A DNA stretch of 62,959 nt, the filler included, from Octopus bimaculoides (taxonomy: Eukaryota): the NCBI RefSeq assembly GCF_001194135.2. It is 7 parts of 7 records of this genome, joined end to end, with 100 filler letters (N's around TTAATTAATTAA, not from the genome) between each part and the next. Parts side by side here need not be neighbours in the genome. Positions count along the whole stretch, not along the records: positions 9,579 to 19,552 come from NC_068981.1; positions 19,653 to 27,435 come from NC_068987.1; 5 more parts are not named here. The stretch is one strand, 5' to 3'. Both the position numbers and the translations under genes were made by a program. The notes under the pieces are model-generated. The model was not told where the DNA came from. It did not search any database and saw nothing but the letters and a program-made list of their open reading frames with translations. Below are positions 11,136-24,634 of the stretch, piece after piece; position 1 is the stretch's first letter, and each line of letters opens with the position of its first letter.

Positions 11136-12474
11136 AGCAGAAGCTTTTTGGATGGATTTTACCTCTTATTCAAAAGTTCGGCCTCGTCACTCTGATTTTA
11201 CTTAGGAATTACGTTAAGTATGGCTTTAATCTGTGTCGTTTGTGGGAATCTGGTTCGGGAATTCCAGGATTTTTAGGAGTGTGGAATCACCTTTTAGCCA
11301 CGATTGTTCTCAGGTTTACTCTGACCCGGAGTGGTGGCACCTTTCGGGGTCAATTAGCATACGTGATGACATCCCATTGGGGCTCAGGAATGCAGAAATA
11401 CCCTTGGTGTGTCAGAATGCACAGTAGAGCCACTGGGAGTAAGGGACCCCTAGCTGCTGTCACAGAGCCCTTTTAGGAGAGGGACACACTGATGTAAAAC
11501 CTGAGGTTTCACGTGATTTCTAGGTACTAATCATGAAGGTTCAGAGAGTAGAACTCGTGTTGTGCAGGCATTTATCACAATAATGCAATGACGTACAGAT
11601 GTCTCTCTATGGCTATTTCATTTGCAATTCGATCTACTTAAAATTCTATGGCTATCGAAGAGTGGCAACGTGTGCAGGCCTAACCAGTTGGTAAGTTACA
11701 TAGTAAGTTATAATTTTTGTTTCTCAACNNNNNNNNNNNNNNNNNNNNNNATATATATATATATATATATATACACATACACCCCACACATATATTTCGG
11801 AAGAATTGCTGGTATTTCCAGTTGTCAAGCATCTACCATTGACAAGGCTAAGGAGGGCCGAAATAACGTGATCTGGTAGCCCTGGCGGCGGCGATGACAA
11901 ATGATTATCTCTCGCTAGCGGTATAAACAAGAGTTCTTATATGCACCAAAAGTCTCTCTCATGGAAAGTAATGCAGTATTCTCTGTTCTAACACAACATC
12001 TACTTTTATGTGGCGACAAATATTACCGTTTTATATTAATACTGCTTCTATCGTTATTAATTATGTAATATTTACACACACACACCGACATATATAAATA
12101 TATACACACACATATATATAATATAAATACATATATATTATATATATATGTACGTATAGGCATAAAATTCACATAGATACATACATGTATCTGTATATGT
12201 TTCATTAGGTAATGACTCTCTTCAAGTTTTATTTTTCGTATTTTATTATTAGTTATTTTACAGTTATTTTTTCTTTCTCTTAGTTTTTTCTCTTTCCTCT
12301 TATTTCCTTCTGCTTTCTCTTGCTTTTTGCATACAACTCATAGTTTTGCAACTAAAGTTGCTAAAAATGCTAATACAAACCAAATAAAGGCTTTATATAT
12401 ATGGTCAGAGAATTGGCGGAGCAGATAGATTGTGATGAAAAAAACTGGTGAAGTACCGTCCCTCAATGGGCAAG

Positions 12475-12760
12475 GTTCATCGAACTCAGTTGGCCGACCA
12501 GTGTGTGATCCGTCCTTGAGGTCAAAATTCCCATTTTTGAAGCGCGAAAACTAACGGCAGGCGGTACTTTAAGGCATTGCTCTTCTTCCATACACAACAC
12601 AACTCTCACGAGCAGCTTCGGCGGGCTCAACACCGCGATTAAATGCAAAAGGCAAATAGCGTCGAAAATGCTCAGTTTTGTCTACTTCACTTTCCATTTT
12701 AATAATCTGAAAATGCACAAAAATCAGTAAAATTAAAAAATCAAAACGCACTATCTTGTA
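12475..12760 (-). mobile_element. Mariner transposase N-terminal (HTH) remnant
   Basis: MESEVDKTEHFRRYLPFAFNRGVEPAEAARESCVVYG...*STARR*FSRFKNGNFDLKDGSHTGRPTEFDE. Confidence 0.85.
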
Positions 12761-13718
12761 AAGCAAAAAACCAAAAAAAAAAACTCATTCATATAACATA
12801 AAACATTTTGTCACNNNNNNNNNNNNNNNNNNNNNNNNNNNNNNNNNNNNNNNNNNNNNNNNNNNNNNNNNNNNNNNNNNNNNNNNNNNNNNNNNNNNNN
12901 NNNNNNNNNNNNNNNNNNNNNNNNNNNNNNNNNNNNNNNNNNNNNNNNNNNNNNNNNNNNNNNNNNNNNNNNNNNNNNNNNNNNNNNNNNNNNNNNNNNN
13001 NNNNNNNNNNNNNNNNNNNNNNNNNNNNNNNNNNNNNNNNNNNNNNNNNNNNNNNNNNNNNNNNNNNNNNNNNNNNNNNNNNNNNNNNNNNNNNNNNNNN
13101 NNNNNNNNNNNNNNNNNNNNNNNNNNNNNNNNNNNNNNNNNNNNNNNNNNNNNNNNNNNNNNNNNNNNNNNNNNNNNNNNNNNNNNNNNNNNNNNNNNNN
13201 NNNNNNNNNNNNNNNNNNNNNNNNNNNNNNNNNNNNNNNNCACACACATTATACATATACAAACACACACATATATACACAGATACATGTATTTTTGTGT
13301 GCATGTGTAAACGATAGACACACACACATACATTCTGCGCACACATTATACACATACAGATACACGCATGTATTTTTGTGTGCATGTGTAAACGACACAC
13401 ACATACACGGTTATAATTCATCCCTCATAAATACATGACCAGATAAAGGGAGAAGTGGTCCAACCAAACAGCAACCAAAATGACGCCCATCCTTATGTTA
13501 ACCTAGAAGTAGCTGAAAAAGATTTTCTTAGTCGCTTGTAGGTCATCACTTTCTGCAGAAGAATCTGCGCACATTGTTGAATACCTATGTACATGAGCTT
13601 ACACACACACACACACACACACACGTATACATATATACACATATACACCACATGTATATAGATATATGTATGTGTATATATATATATGTGCGTGTGTGTA
13701 TGTGTGTTTGCGTGTATG

Positions 13719-13791
<73 letters not shown>

Positions 13792-14259
13792 GTATGTCGT
13801 TTTCCTTAAAACCTGTTTAAATTATATGTATGTATATACATATTTATCTTTCTATGTATATATGTATGTATATGTGTATGTATGTATATGTATGTATATG
13901 CGCGTGTGTGTATGTGTGTGCGTGTTGACCACATAGACACAAATAACTATATATATTTACATGTGTATATTTGTATGTTTGTAGATATCTGTATGTGCGC
14001 GAGAGAGACTAAATAAATTGGATAAGAAAGCAATTACAAATCCTGTCACGTGTTGTTCAAGTAGATTTTCCTTTTTTAATTGGCCGTGAGTTTAATAATG
14101 ACAGGAAATGTATTCTTGTGATCAGCACGAATACAAGTTGGTTGGAATCATACAAGTGCTTAGACGTCGCTGATATAACCAGAACGCCATAGAATAACTT
14201 GGAGACGAAACTTCTGGCAGTGAAAACCTTTGTCTTCAGAGAAATACCAGTTTGAAATT

Positions 14260-14445
14260 TTTGGTACAAGGTCAGCAGTTTCAGGAAGGGAGCTAGTGGA
14301 TTACATTGACCCCAGTACTCAGCTGGTACTTAATTCATCGATCCCCGAAAGGAGGAAAATTAAATTCGACCTCTGCTGAATTTGAACGCAGAACGAAATG
14401 CTGTTCAGCATTTTGTTCGGCGTTCAAATTCAGCAGCATCGCCAC
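14260..14445 (-). mobile_element. SINE family A copy with head remodelled into a palindrome
   Basis: GATTACATTGACCCCAG...TGGTACTTAATTCATCGATCCCCGAAAGG...GAATTTGAAC matches copies at 35520-35738 and 51161-51600. Confidence 0.7.
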
Positions 14446-14544
14446 CTTATCCTTAGAGAAATATTGATTTCTAATATTTATTAAAAGGCCACATATTTGG
14501 GGTGAGGACAGCCGATGAAATCGACCCAGTACGTGACTATGAGG

Positions 14545-14800
14545 GTGCGTTGCTTTGTGGTCAGGGTATTGACTCACGATTGCAAGCTCGAGATTTCGAT
14601 TCCCCGACCGAGTGGTGTGTTTTCTTCTTGAGCAAAACACCTCATTTCACGTTGCTCCACTCCACTCAGCTGTAAACGAGTAACCCCGTGACAAACTGGC
14701 CTCCCGTTCAGGGGGAATGTGCTCTCGGTCACTTACACATCGGGGAAACTGGGCAATCGGCCCTGAGTCCTAGGACTCGAATCACTAATATCCATGGGAC
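14545..14800 (+). mobile_element. SINE family C copy (tRNA head plus V-SINE-like core)
   Basis: TTCGATTCCC B-box, TTCTTGAGCAAAACAC..ATTTCACGTTGCTCCA.TCCACTCAGCTG, ACTGGCCTCCCGTTCAGGGGG; same head at 29415-29520 and 50459-50586. Confidence 0.65.
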
Positions 14801-14869
14801 GATGGTGATGATAGTGGCGATGGTGATGATGATGATGATGATGACAACACGACAACGACGTTGTACTTG

Positions 14870-15070
14870 GCTCGTACTTTATTTCACCGACTCCGCAATT
14901 TTGAGGGGAGGGGATTTATTCGTATCCAATGACCCCAGCCTTAGATTGGTTCTTCATTTCATCGACCCTGGGAGGATTTGACTTGGCAGGATTTGAACTT
15001 ACAACGTAAAGAGTCAAAAGGAATACTGCATGGCAGTTTGCTACACGTTCTAATGATTCCAATCTGCTGC
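14870..15070 (-). mobile_element. Diverged SINE family A copy
   Basis: AATGACCCCAG...TCATCGACCCTGGGAGGAT...GGATTTGAACTTACAACG. Confidence 0.55.
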
Positions 15071-15696
15071 TATGTCGACCCCGTAATAACGACGGGATTT
15101 GAACTCGGATACATTCTTTTAAAATATCTAGAACAAACATAGTTATTTGTGAAAGCTGAAGTGAAGGAGTGAACGGGGAAATAGCTGTGAAAATGTATTT
15201 GGTTACGACGCCGGAGAACTCCTGTAATTTGCAAAGACCTGTTTCGAAGTAGTTTTGTTTCCATTGTAGCGAGAATCCGGTTTAGATTCGAATTATAGTT
15301 CTCAGATTTTTTCCTGTCTAGAATTATGACATAATATACAGTGTTTCAAAAGTCTATGTCATATTCTAAGAATGTTCTCTTTGCCGGGCACAAACACCCC
15401 TCCTCTTTAAATTTTGCCTTTCATCTCTCGGGGCCAGTAAGTAAATACCCGTCAAGCATTGAAATCGATGTAGTCGATTTCCCCTACTTCCCATAAATTT
15501 CAGGTTTTGTACCTAAAGTAGAAAGGATTATTTCTAGAAGCCAGTTAAAGCCAAGGAGTTTTTTAAAAAGTTGTTTATTGTCAAAAGTTATTTCAAAGCC
15601 TAGCTGATATTGCAAGGATAATGATAATAATAACAATTTAGATATATTAAAAAATTAGGGTCACTCAAGAATATCATATTTATAAATTTAGTTGGC

Positions 15697-15767
15697 AGTG
15701 ACTTCGAAGTTTCGGCTTACTTGCTGTCATCTGATGATAACTAGCAAGCCGAAATTTTGAAGTCACT
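15697..15767. repeat. 71-bp imperfect palindrome made of two head-to-head hammerhead-like halves
   Basis: Arms 15697-15731 and 15733-15767 match 29/35. Plus strand: CTGATGA..AGCC GAAA; minus strand: CAGATGA..AGCC GAAAC TTCGAA GTC. Confidence 0.8.
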
Positions 15768-15810
15768 ATAACTTATTTTTCGTTAAAAAAATTATGCATG
15801 CATAATTTAT

Positions 15811-16463
15811 GGTGAAGCATGACCTTCGAACGTTGGGCCTCACAGAAGCAATCACAAGAGAATGAGACCTCTGGGGATATGTTGTGATTGAGAAGATCCG
15901 GCAAGTAAAGTGAGATCACAGCCGTAGCCTATACCAGTGTCGTATAACCAGCCCATTAAAAAAATACCTTTGAATCGTCGGGCGACACGCTGTGCATGGG
16001 GAGACTGTTGAGTCAAGTAAAATCAAAAATCAAAAATCAAAATGGAAATTGTAGTTGTGGCCGATGCCAGTGCCGCCTGACTGGCTCCCATGTTGGTGGC
16101 ATGCAATAAGCACCATTCATGCGTAGGTCGTTGCCAGTGCCGCCTGACTGGCTCCCCGTACTGGTGACACGTAAAAAGCGCCATCCGAACGTGGCCGATG
16201 CCAGTGCCACCTGACTGGCTCCCGTGCTGGTAGCGTGTAATAAGCACCATTCGAACGTGGCCGATGTCCGGCCCTCCTGTGCTGGTGGCACATAAAAAGC
16301 ACCCACTACACTCTCGGAGTGGTTGGCATCTCACTGTAGAAACATTGCCAGATCAGACTGAGCCCGGTGCAGCCGCTGGCTCTCTAGATCTCAGTCAAAC
16401 CGCTCAACCCATGCCAGCATGGAAAACGGACGTTAAACAATGATGATGATGATGATGATGATG
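15811..16463 (+). mobile_element. RTE LINE 3' end, same family as 5667-7158
   Basis: VKHDLRTLGLTEA, same 66-bp 3' UTR repeat units, CCCATGCCAGCATGGAAAACGGACGTTAAAC and (GAT)n tail. Confidence 0.88.
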
Positions 16464-19415
16464 TACATACATACTCTCTTTTTCTCTCTCCCCTGCTCTT
16501 TCTCTCACACACAGACTCACACATGCTTAAAAGCTTAGTCGTTACTCGTAATCGAATGAGATCTGAGAGTCTGCACCACACTTTTGCTAGATGTTTAAGG
16601 CGCCTGTGTAGTCGCGAACAGACAGTGGAGCACGGGGGATGCACCATCTCAAGACTGCAACTTATTTACAGATGTGTAGACCGTCTGTATATATGTATTT
16701 GTGTGTATGTGTCTCTCTACACTCACACACACACATATATGCACACAACACACACATGTGAGTGTGTCGTGTGTTGCGAGTCAAGGCGCGCGACCTAGGG
16801 ATTAAGGTATTGGGTTCGGGATCCTATGGTCATAGGTTCAATTCTCGAACCAAGCATGTGTTGTATACTTGAATAGGGCACTTCATATCGTGCACGCATA
16901 CACATATACTTATACGCACAATAAGCATGTAAACGTTTGATAGTTGTCATGGAGACTTTAGTCTCTCTCTATCACCTTTCAACAGCATTTTTAATGAAGA
17001 GCCATCAGAACAATTAACAACATAATAAAAAGGTTTATTTATGATGATGCTTGGTTTCACATTTCCTGTCATTCAGCTTAGCAGCCGCTGATTATGGTGT
17101 AGTTGGTATTGGAAAGTTAAGGGCTTCCTTGATGCCTGCCAGAGAACAGTGTAAAAGTGCTTTGTGGAGGAGCGAGGTGTTGTCACGTCGAAGGTCTCAG
17201 CTCAACTCGATGAGAAATTGAAAGTAACTGTTTAAGTATGAGTTTTACTACGCATGCGCAACTCGAGGGGCTTCCTCAATGGCGGCTATAATTTCGCGCC
17301 ACTACAAGCACAATTATAAATTCAGTGATAATAAACTAATTACACTACTAGGATAAATTACAATGATAAGTATAACTGCATACTCATACCCAAACACAAG
17401 GTTCATTAATTTTAGATAGTGGGGATCAGTAGCAAAGACTGTCTGAGAAGCAGCTGTACTGGTTTTATAACGCCTCTAACGATTGGTCGCTTATCATATG
17501 AGAAGTAACGATCACATCTCGCTCAAATTATATCCCATCCTTAAGAAAGAAAGAACATAATTTGTAGCAAATCCCTGCCTCAATTTGATCTGTTTTCTTC
17601 CCAATTAGGAGGCTTTTGTAAACACAAACAAAATACACCGAGAGAGAAATGAACGCAGTCATGCATCAGCTCAGACACTATTGACAGTCGGAGGATAGGA
17701 ACGACCGAATCTGTTCCTAATCTAAAAGTGGCTGGAAACACATATGTACATTCTTTCTCCTCTACGTACAGTCACACAAGCTGTCCAACTAAATCACTAA
17801 GATGAAAACAGCATTTTCTTACAGAATTAGGTAAAAAAATTATGTCATTTTCCGACGTTATTCTATTAATATATTTTCTTGGAACAGTCATGTTCCATTT
17901 CCACCCTTTATCAATAAAATAGAGGTTGAACGACAGACTACTCTCATTATTTATTTTTACTCTTTCATTATTGTTGCATTAATCTTATTGAATACCATAT
18001 TCCTAGATAAAATGAAGTCTGGAAAATAATTACAATAAGCCAGAATACAATCAGTTTGTGAGTAGAAGAGGTTGTAACGGTTGAAGTTTATTTTGTAAAC
18101 AATAATATGGAACGTCAGAGTCGTAATTAGTTTGTAAGGATTGGTTCTTCGTTGATTGCCATTATGTAAAGATGAAAGAACAGTGATTGAAGTTGTGAAG
18201 AAAATATTTATTTACCGTTACATTGTAAAATACCTTGCCTCGACGGGCAGGTGATAAAATCGTAAAGCATGCGAAGTAAAAATAGATGTCGTAGATTTTC
18301 CTTGTATAGTTTGTGTTTGTGTTCTCGTCATTGTGTAGAAGTAATTACAGATAGAGATGGAGTAAAGTATTAAGAAGAAAGTGAGCTGAGCTAGTGATAG
18401 TGAGAGAGTTGAGGGAAGTTGTCTCGCATAGTCGCTGATTGTAACTTTCTTTTTCTCTCCGATTCCCCATGATTCTAGTGGTCCGTTTACTAACTGATGG
18501 TCGCTCTCTCTAACTCGGGTTCTCATTAACTCACTAACTGACTTTTACTTCGGGGTTCTTGTTTTTATAACTATCCAGAAGGATAGACATATCGTTGGTG
18601 GTACTTGTTATCTTAATTCTAGCCTTTGGTGGCTTATAAGATGTTAGAAGGGTCAAGTGGCGGAGACATCATTTTGCTTAGCTGAGGCATCTGGAAAATG
18701 TAAACTGCTGTCACAGAAAAACTATTGTTTTACCGTGAGAAAAGTGTTAATTAAATTTGGCTATCTAGGATCGAATCTACATCATGCCTGCAAGATCCAC
18801 TACAAGATAATGATTGGTTGGTGTTATTAACCAATGGTACCTCGCTGTTGGAAGTTCGGTGAAAATAATGTCACTGCATTTGACACAAGTAAAATTTTTA
18901 TCATGTTAACCAGCGTGTCAATTTGCGTCCCTTTGCGTCAAAGAAGTAACTTAGTTGAATCGGTTAATAGAGAGCCATAACTGGGATCAATGTGATCGAT
19001 TAAAATCCTCGACAGTGGTGCTGAAGCATGGTAACAGTCAAATGACTGGAACGTGTGACAAAGTAAAAGAGTACATTATTTTCTTACTGCCGTTTTGAAA
19101 TGTTTTATATTACAACGAGTCACCAAGAATAGTATTATCTTGAATTAAACTGAATCTCGTCTGAGGTCCGGATTTTCAGCTGAAATTTAATATATTTTCA
19201 TAACTAGTAATGTCTATTAACAATTAAACAGACCTCTTGGGAGAGGTAAGTGGAACTGTGAAGTACATTGACCACTCAAAAGCAATAATGGTTTTTAAAA
19301 TGAAGACTGTATGTATTTTTTTTAAATATTTTAAAACGTTGCTGACGAATTTTTCAAAATGACTCTTGCTGCAAAAAACATTTTTGTTAAAACAAACCTT
19401 TTTTCTTTTGTACAG

Positions 19416-19486
19416 AATGTCCAGGTGGCGCTGATAACCCATGTTATGGAAATGGCGTTTGTGCGGATGGAAAATGTACCTGTTAT
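19416..19486 (+). CDS. Internal coding exon with an EGF-like (tenascin/stabilin-type) motif
   Basis: Polypyrimidine acceptor TTTTTTCTTTTGTACAG and GTAAGT donor. Phase 1 to phase 0 gives (E)CPGGADNPCYGNGVCADGKCTCY with typical EGF Cys/Gly spacing; the last EGF Cys would be in the next exon. Confidence 0.85.
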
Positions 19487-19652
19487 GTAAGTTCTTGAAT
19501 TAAAAATAAGTGTTTCAAATTTTTGTACACGACCAGCAACTTTAGGGTATGGNNNNNNNNNNNNNNNNNNNNNNNNNNNNNNNNNNNNNNNNNNNNTTAA
19601 TTAATTAANNNNNNNNNNNNNNNNNNNNNNNNNNNNNNNNNNNNNNNNNNNN

Positions 19653-19729
<77 letters not shown>

Positions 19730-20925
19730 AGGAAATGTATATAAGTCGAACAAATTTTGGGGCCTTTTTATTTAGTTTTTTAATAATTGTTTATGCTATA
19801 TAATATTATGTTATATTATATTCATACTATATTATGTAATATTGTACTTTTATAATATAAATTATTGAATTCTCAATAGTATCTTTCTAATTTATATATA
19901 TATTCTACCAGCTAACCCCAGTTTCACCGGGGTTGTTTGGAGGATGAGGCTGTAATCGTTTTCGGTTAGCCATAATGTATAACATCGTTTCTCAACTTTA
20001 TCATTTCGGGTCCCGTGTTTGGATTGGAATCTCCAACTGTATGAAACTTCCCTGACACCCGCCCCCCGTGTCAGGAAACAGCTTCAGGAGTTGTACAGAA
20101 CGATCGTATACGTAATCTGTTTCTGAGAGCTATTCTATTGGACCTCTGTCTAATCATTAAAACAGTGATTTAATTATGCGCATACAAAGAAATTATGCAT
20201 TAATCTCTATTTTTCTAAGAAGTTGTATCCGTATTTACAGAAACCAAAAATTGAAAGATATATGAAATGGACGTGTGTATGTGTGTGCATGCGTGCGTGT
20301 TTAGAGTGATTGAGTGAAGGTATGTGTCGTGATGATTGACGGCTGTTAAGGTACACACACATAGAAAATGTGAGGTCATCGTATAAAATGTTTACGATAG
20401 TTGATTTATGGAAAAGATTATGTTAAACTTTTGAAATGCAAATATGTGAATAAAAATTAAGTTCATACTTCTACATGGTAGTTAAACCTGTTAGAATTAG
20501 CAGCCAAAATTCCCTCAAAACACCCTACTATCTTAATCCGACAATTCTGCCTATTATGTATTTTGAAGGAGAAACTGTAACTAAAGATTAAGATAATTAA
20601 CCCCACAAAGAGGGGAAAGAAGAGAGACAGCATAGCGAAAGTTTTTGCTGACTGAAATCCTGTACGCTCCTTGTTGCTAGTGAAATGGTATATGCCGGAT
20701 GTGTGAGTAACTGGTTCTTTCAATGGCGGAACAAACAGGGGAAGTCCATTAGAAACGGTTTTAATCGATTTTCTCGGTAACTGCCGGGGCTAGGAAAAGA
20801 TACAAACCGCAGCACAATCTATACACACGTCTCCCTCTGTGTGCCATTTTTCATGGGAATCCACCCACCCATTTGACTGTGAACTTCAAGACAAGAAAGA
20901 ATACAACGATCTCCCATGTCCAATT

Positions 20926-20986
<61 letters not shown>

Positions 20987-22699
20987 TATGCGCACTTATA
21001 TGCACACGAGCATATATAATATTAATATTTATGAAAACATTTGGGCGAGTATGTGTCCAACTTCGTCTTCTTTCGTCTTTTGTATGTATTAAACAGCAAC
21101 GTCTGCTGGCATCACAATGCCGAATATAGGTCTTGGTGAACTATCCGTCCCCTTTCTCCTTATTGAAAGCTTTGCTAATTGCAGTGTTTTACTATGCATT
21201 CTCTCTGATTCTGTCTATCATAGAGATAAGCAGAGAGATATGTACAACGTTGCCAGCTGAAGACATACCAGAAAATTTCCGCATAACTTAGCACTACCTT
21301 CAACATCAAATCGAATATTTTAAGATATTTTCTATTAATGCATTGCAAATAATGTGAAATAGTACCCTTATGAAGCACTTTTATGAATCTCATATTACTG
21401 TAAATCTTATAGTCTATGTATACTTCTGTGAGTTTATTTTGTAAATTGCTCGTTTAATATTTTAAGCAGTGAAAATTAAAAATTATTCATTAACTAAATT
21501 CTGCATTGAAATTATATTTGCAGACGAAAGGCATTATAAGTACAGAGTATATGTAGCTAGAGAGCATAGTATTCTTCTTGATTGTAAAATACCACTTAAT
21601 ATATTTCATATATTTCGAACATATTTTACAGTAATGGAATTATCAAAAGAGAAAATGTATAACATTGAGCTAATATAGGGAAATAAAATATGGCTGAATT
21701 ATTTATAGGAGAATATTAATGTAAACTAATATCTTGGTACACGCAGGCCGAGGATTAATGTAACATTTCTTGCATAGATGTCGGATCGAATAGGATTTCA
21801 GTAATTTACAAAACGATTAAAACAAAAAGCACTTACCGTTTAAGATAACAGCATCGTTAAGTTTATTTCCGATTTAGTTTATGGGGACAATGGATTATTT
21901 AAGAGGTTGCAAAATATCGAGAATTATTTTAATATGCCATAAATATAATGCCAGATATTTAAATGTAGATAACATCTCTTTTCTGAACGTCTTTCGTTTT
22001 ATTGATGAGTTTCAAAGGACATATATTTGATTGATGGCAATCACTAGATGCTGCTAATTTCTTCTTAGGCCATCATTTCCATCGCCATCTAAGCACTCTC
22101 TACATGAACTAATAAGTAATTAAATATAGAACACTCTTCTAATACAAATCTTGTTACAAGTTCACACTAACAACCCAATACTTCTGCATATTACTTTTTG
22201 GCTCCAGTTTTCTAGTAGTATGTGGATGGCATATATACTTGTAAACATATCACTGTCCATATATTCCATATGTTTATTATCTGTACCCGAAACTAGGAGT
22301 AATGGGTCGCATTGATATATTCTGCTGTCAAAGGACAGCGAAATAAAGGTGTAGGTTTAAACGTATAGCCAATGCCTTGTATAAACGGAAATACTGTGAC
22401 ATTCTCTTCAGAGCTATACGTATATCAGTGCTTATTTCAGCTATCTTTAAAATGTATATCAACTCAAAAATAGGTGCAATATTTCATGAAACACCATTGT
22501 GTTTATATTTCCATAATATTTACCATGGAGGAAAAAAGAATTCAGTCTAGATTATTGTCTGAACATCATCTTAAGAAAAGAAATACTCCATTATTGGGTA
22601 TAATTATACAGGGTTTCATACTTGCGTCCTTCGTAGTACACTGAAGCTGAAGAAGTGTATTATATTGTACTTATTTTTCTGTGTTAGTTTTCATGTAAA

Positions 22700-23927
22700 G
22701 CTTACGCATCTGACAGCAGATGTTCCGCGTAAACCCACACTTCTGAAATGCTAGGACACTGCACAATAGCGTGCAGGTCGGTTTCCACATCCTGCTCGCA
22801 TCTTAGGCAGGCTGACCGCCCAGGGCGGCTGTGTCTGGTGTGTTTATCGCGAACCGGTAAGGCTCCTCTGTAACATTACCAGGCCAGTGACTTTTGGAAG
22901 TTATCCAGTGTCCTTGGCCCAAATGTCCTCTGTAACAGGCCGACCAAATGGTTATCATCGAGACTCAGCGTCCTCCCCAAGTCATCTACCAACCTGCTAT
23001 AGAACATTGCGGTGGTACCGAAACCACTGATATTCCCCGTGCTGCGGAACCGGAGAAGTGCCTTGCGACAATCCGTGTACCAGGTACCCGGCGTCGATCT
23101 GCGACGAACCCAGTTTTCTCTATCGCCAAAACCGATAATGTCGGCGAATATCCGTCGAGCGAGTGGAGATCACACCCGTTCACCTTCCAGGTAGAGCCAG
23201 AGATGCCTCAACCTCAATGCATGTCTGCGCATCATTAACCACGGCATCCCCAATCCACCCTTTAACGGCTTCTGGCAGCAAATGAAACGTCTTACAAGAG
23301 GAGCGGAGCCTTTCCACAAAAAGCGAAAGATTTGCCTCTCCAACTTGCTTAACCACGAATCCAGACAGGGATAGCCATCACCCATACCAGGTCTGGACTA
23401 TGTGGGTCACCTTGCCCGACACCTCTGACAAGTTCTTTTCCATTTTGAGATCTGGACCAATCCAGATTCCTAGCAATTTAATCGGGCCCTCCGTGCAGTG
23501 TCCTACGACGCTATTCGAAGGCATCGACATGCCCCTCCAAGTGCCGAGTTGTTAAGTTTTGCTCCTGTCACCGTCTCGTAAGCCTTAATGGTTTCACCTA
23601 CTTGCTGCAGATGTTCCATCTCGGTTACGATGATGGCGATTTCGTCCGCGTACGCTGTAACAAATCCTCCACCTCCTGGATTCGTTGGGTTGCCACTCAG
23701 CTTTCTCAGCAATGGCTCGAGGGCAATTACGTACAAAAGTGCGGAGAGTGGGCACCTTTGGCGAACCGACCGTTTGATGCGGAACGGCTTGGAAAGAAAA
23801 CCGTTCACCCGAACGATCGAGTCGATGTCATCGTACAACTCTATGATCCACCTCAGAAACCGAGAGCCAGTCCGAACTGCGCGAGAACACTTATCGGGTA
23901 ACGATGGTCCACTCTATCAAAAGCTTT
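22700..23927 (-). mobile_element. L1/Tx1-type LINE ORF2 remnant (RT to zf-RVT)
   Basis: KAFDRVDH, SVRQRCPLSALLYVIALEPLL, AYADEIAI, FRFLWKG...KGGLGMP, CLRCEQDVETDLHAIVQCP; GC-rich relative to flanks. Confidence 0.92.
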
Positions 23928-24602
23928 ATCATTATAAAAAGAATTTTTTTCATAAAATTTATTCCTTTATAATTATCATTTCTTATAAACCTCCGAAACG
24001 TGATGAAAGAGCTAAATAAATAATTTTCCAAAAGTTTGACTACTTCTTGTTTTTTTAATATATAAAATATGTACACCACTTTACAAAATCTTCATGCACA
24101 CACATACCGCGTGAGCTCAGGTATATTTTGTTGTGTTTAGGAACAGCAATTATGCATACCGGCACATAAGTATAATGCTAGTTCTGAGACGAACTCAAAG
24201 CAGACCCTGATGTCATTCATTAGTTCACGAACAGCAACAAAAGAACTCCGACGGGGAAACGTCGATTGATTGTTCAATCAACACATTAGTCAATGCATTG
24301 AATAGTTAATTGGTAAAAGAAATAAGTGGTATTAAACTAGTGCATGTGTTTATTTTAATTTTTATTGGTAGAATGATCCTCTCTAGGCAACGCAAGATNN
24401 NNNNNNNNNNNNNNNNNNNNNNNNNNNNNNNNNNNNNNNNNNNNNNNNNNNNNNNNNNNNNNNNNNNNNNNNNNNNNNNNNNNNNNNNNNNNNNNNNNNN
24501 NNNNNNNNNNNNNNNNNNNNNNNNNNNNNNNNNNNNNNNNNNNNNNNNNNNNNNNNNNNNNNNNNNNNNNNNNNNNNNNNNNNNNNNNNNNNNNNNNNNN
24601 NN

Positions 24603-24634
<32 letters not shown>

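Noticed and set aside
21100-22500. Scattered GPCR-like peptides on the minus strand (LCGNFLVC, LSFDSRIYQCDPL)
   Set aside because: Wrong order for one receptor and surrounded by stops; consistent with chance.
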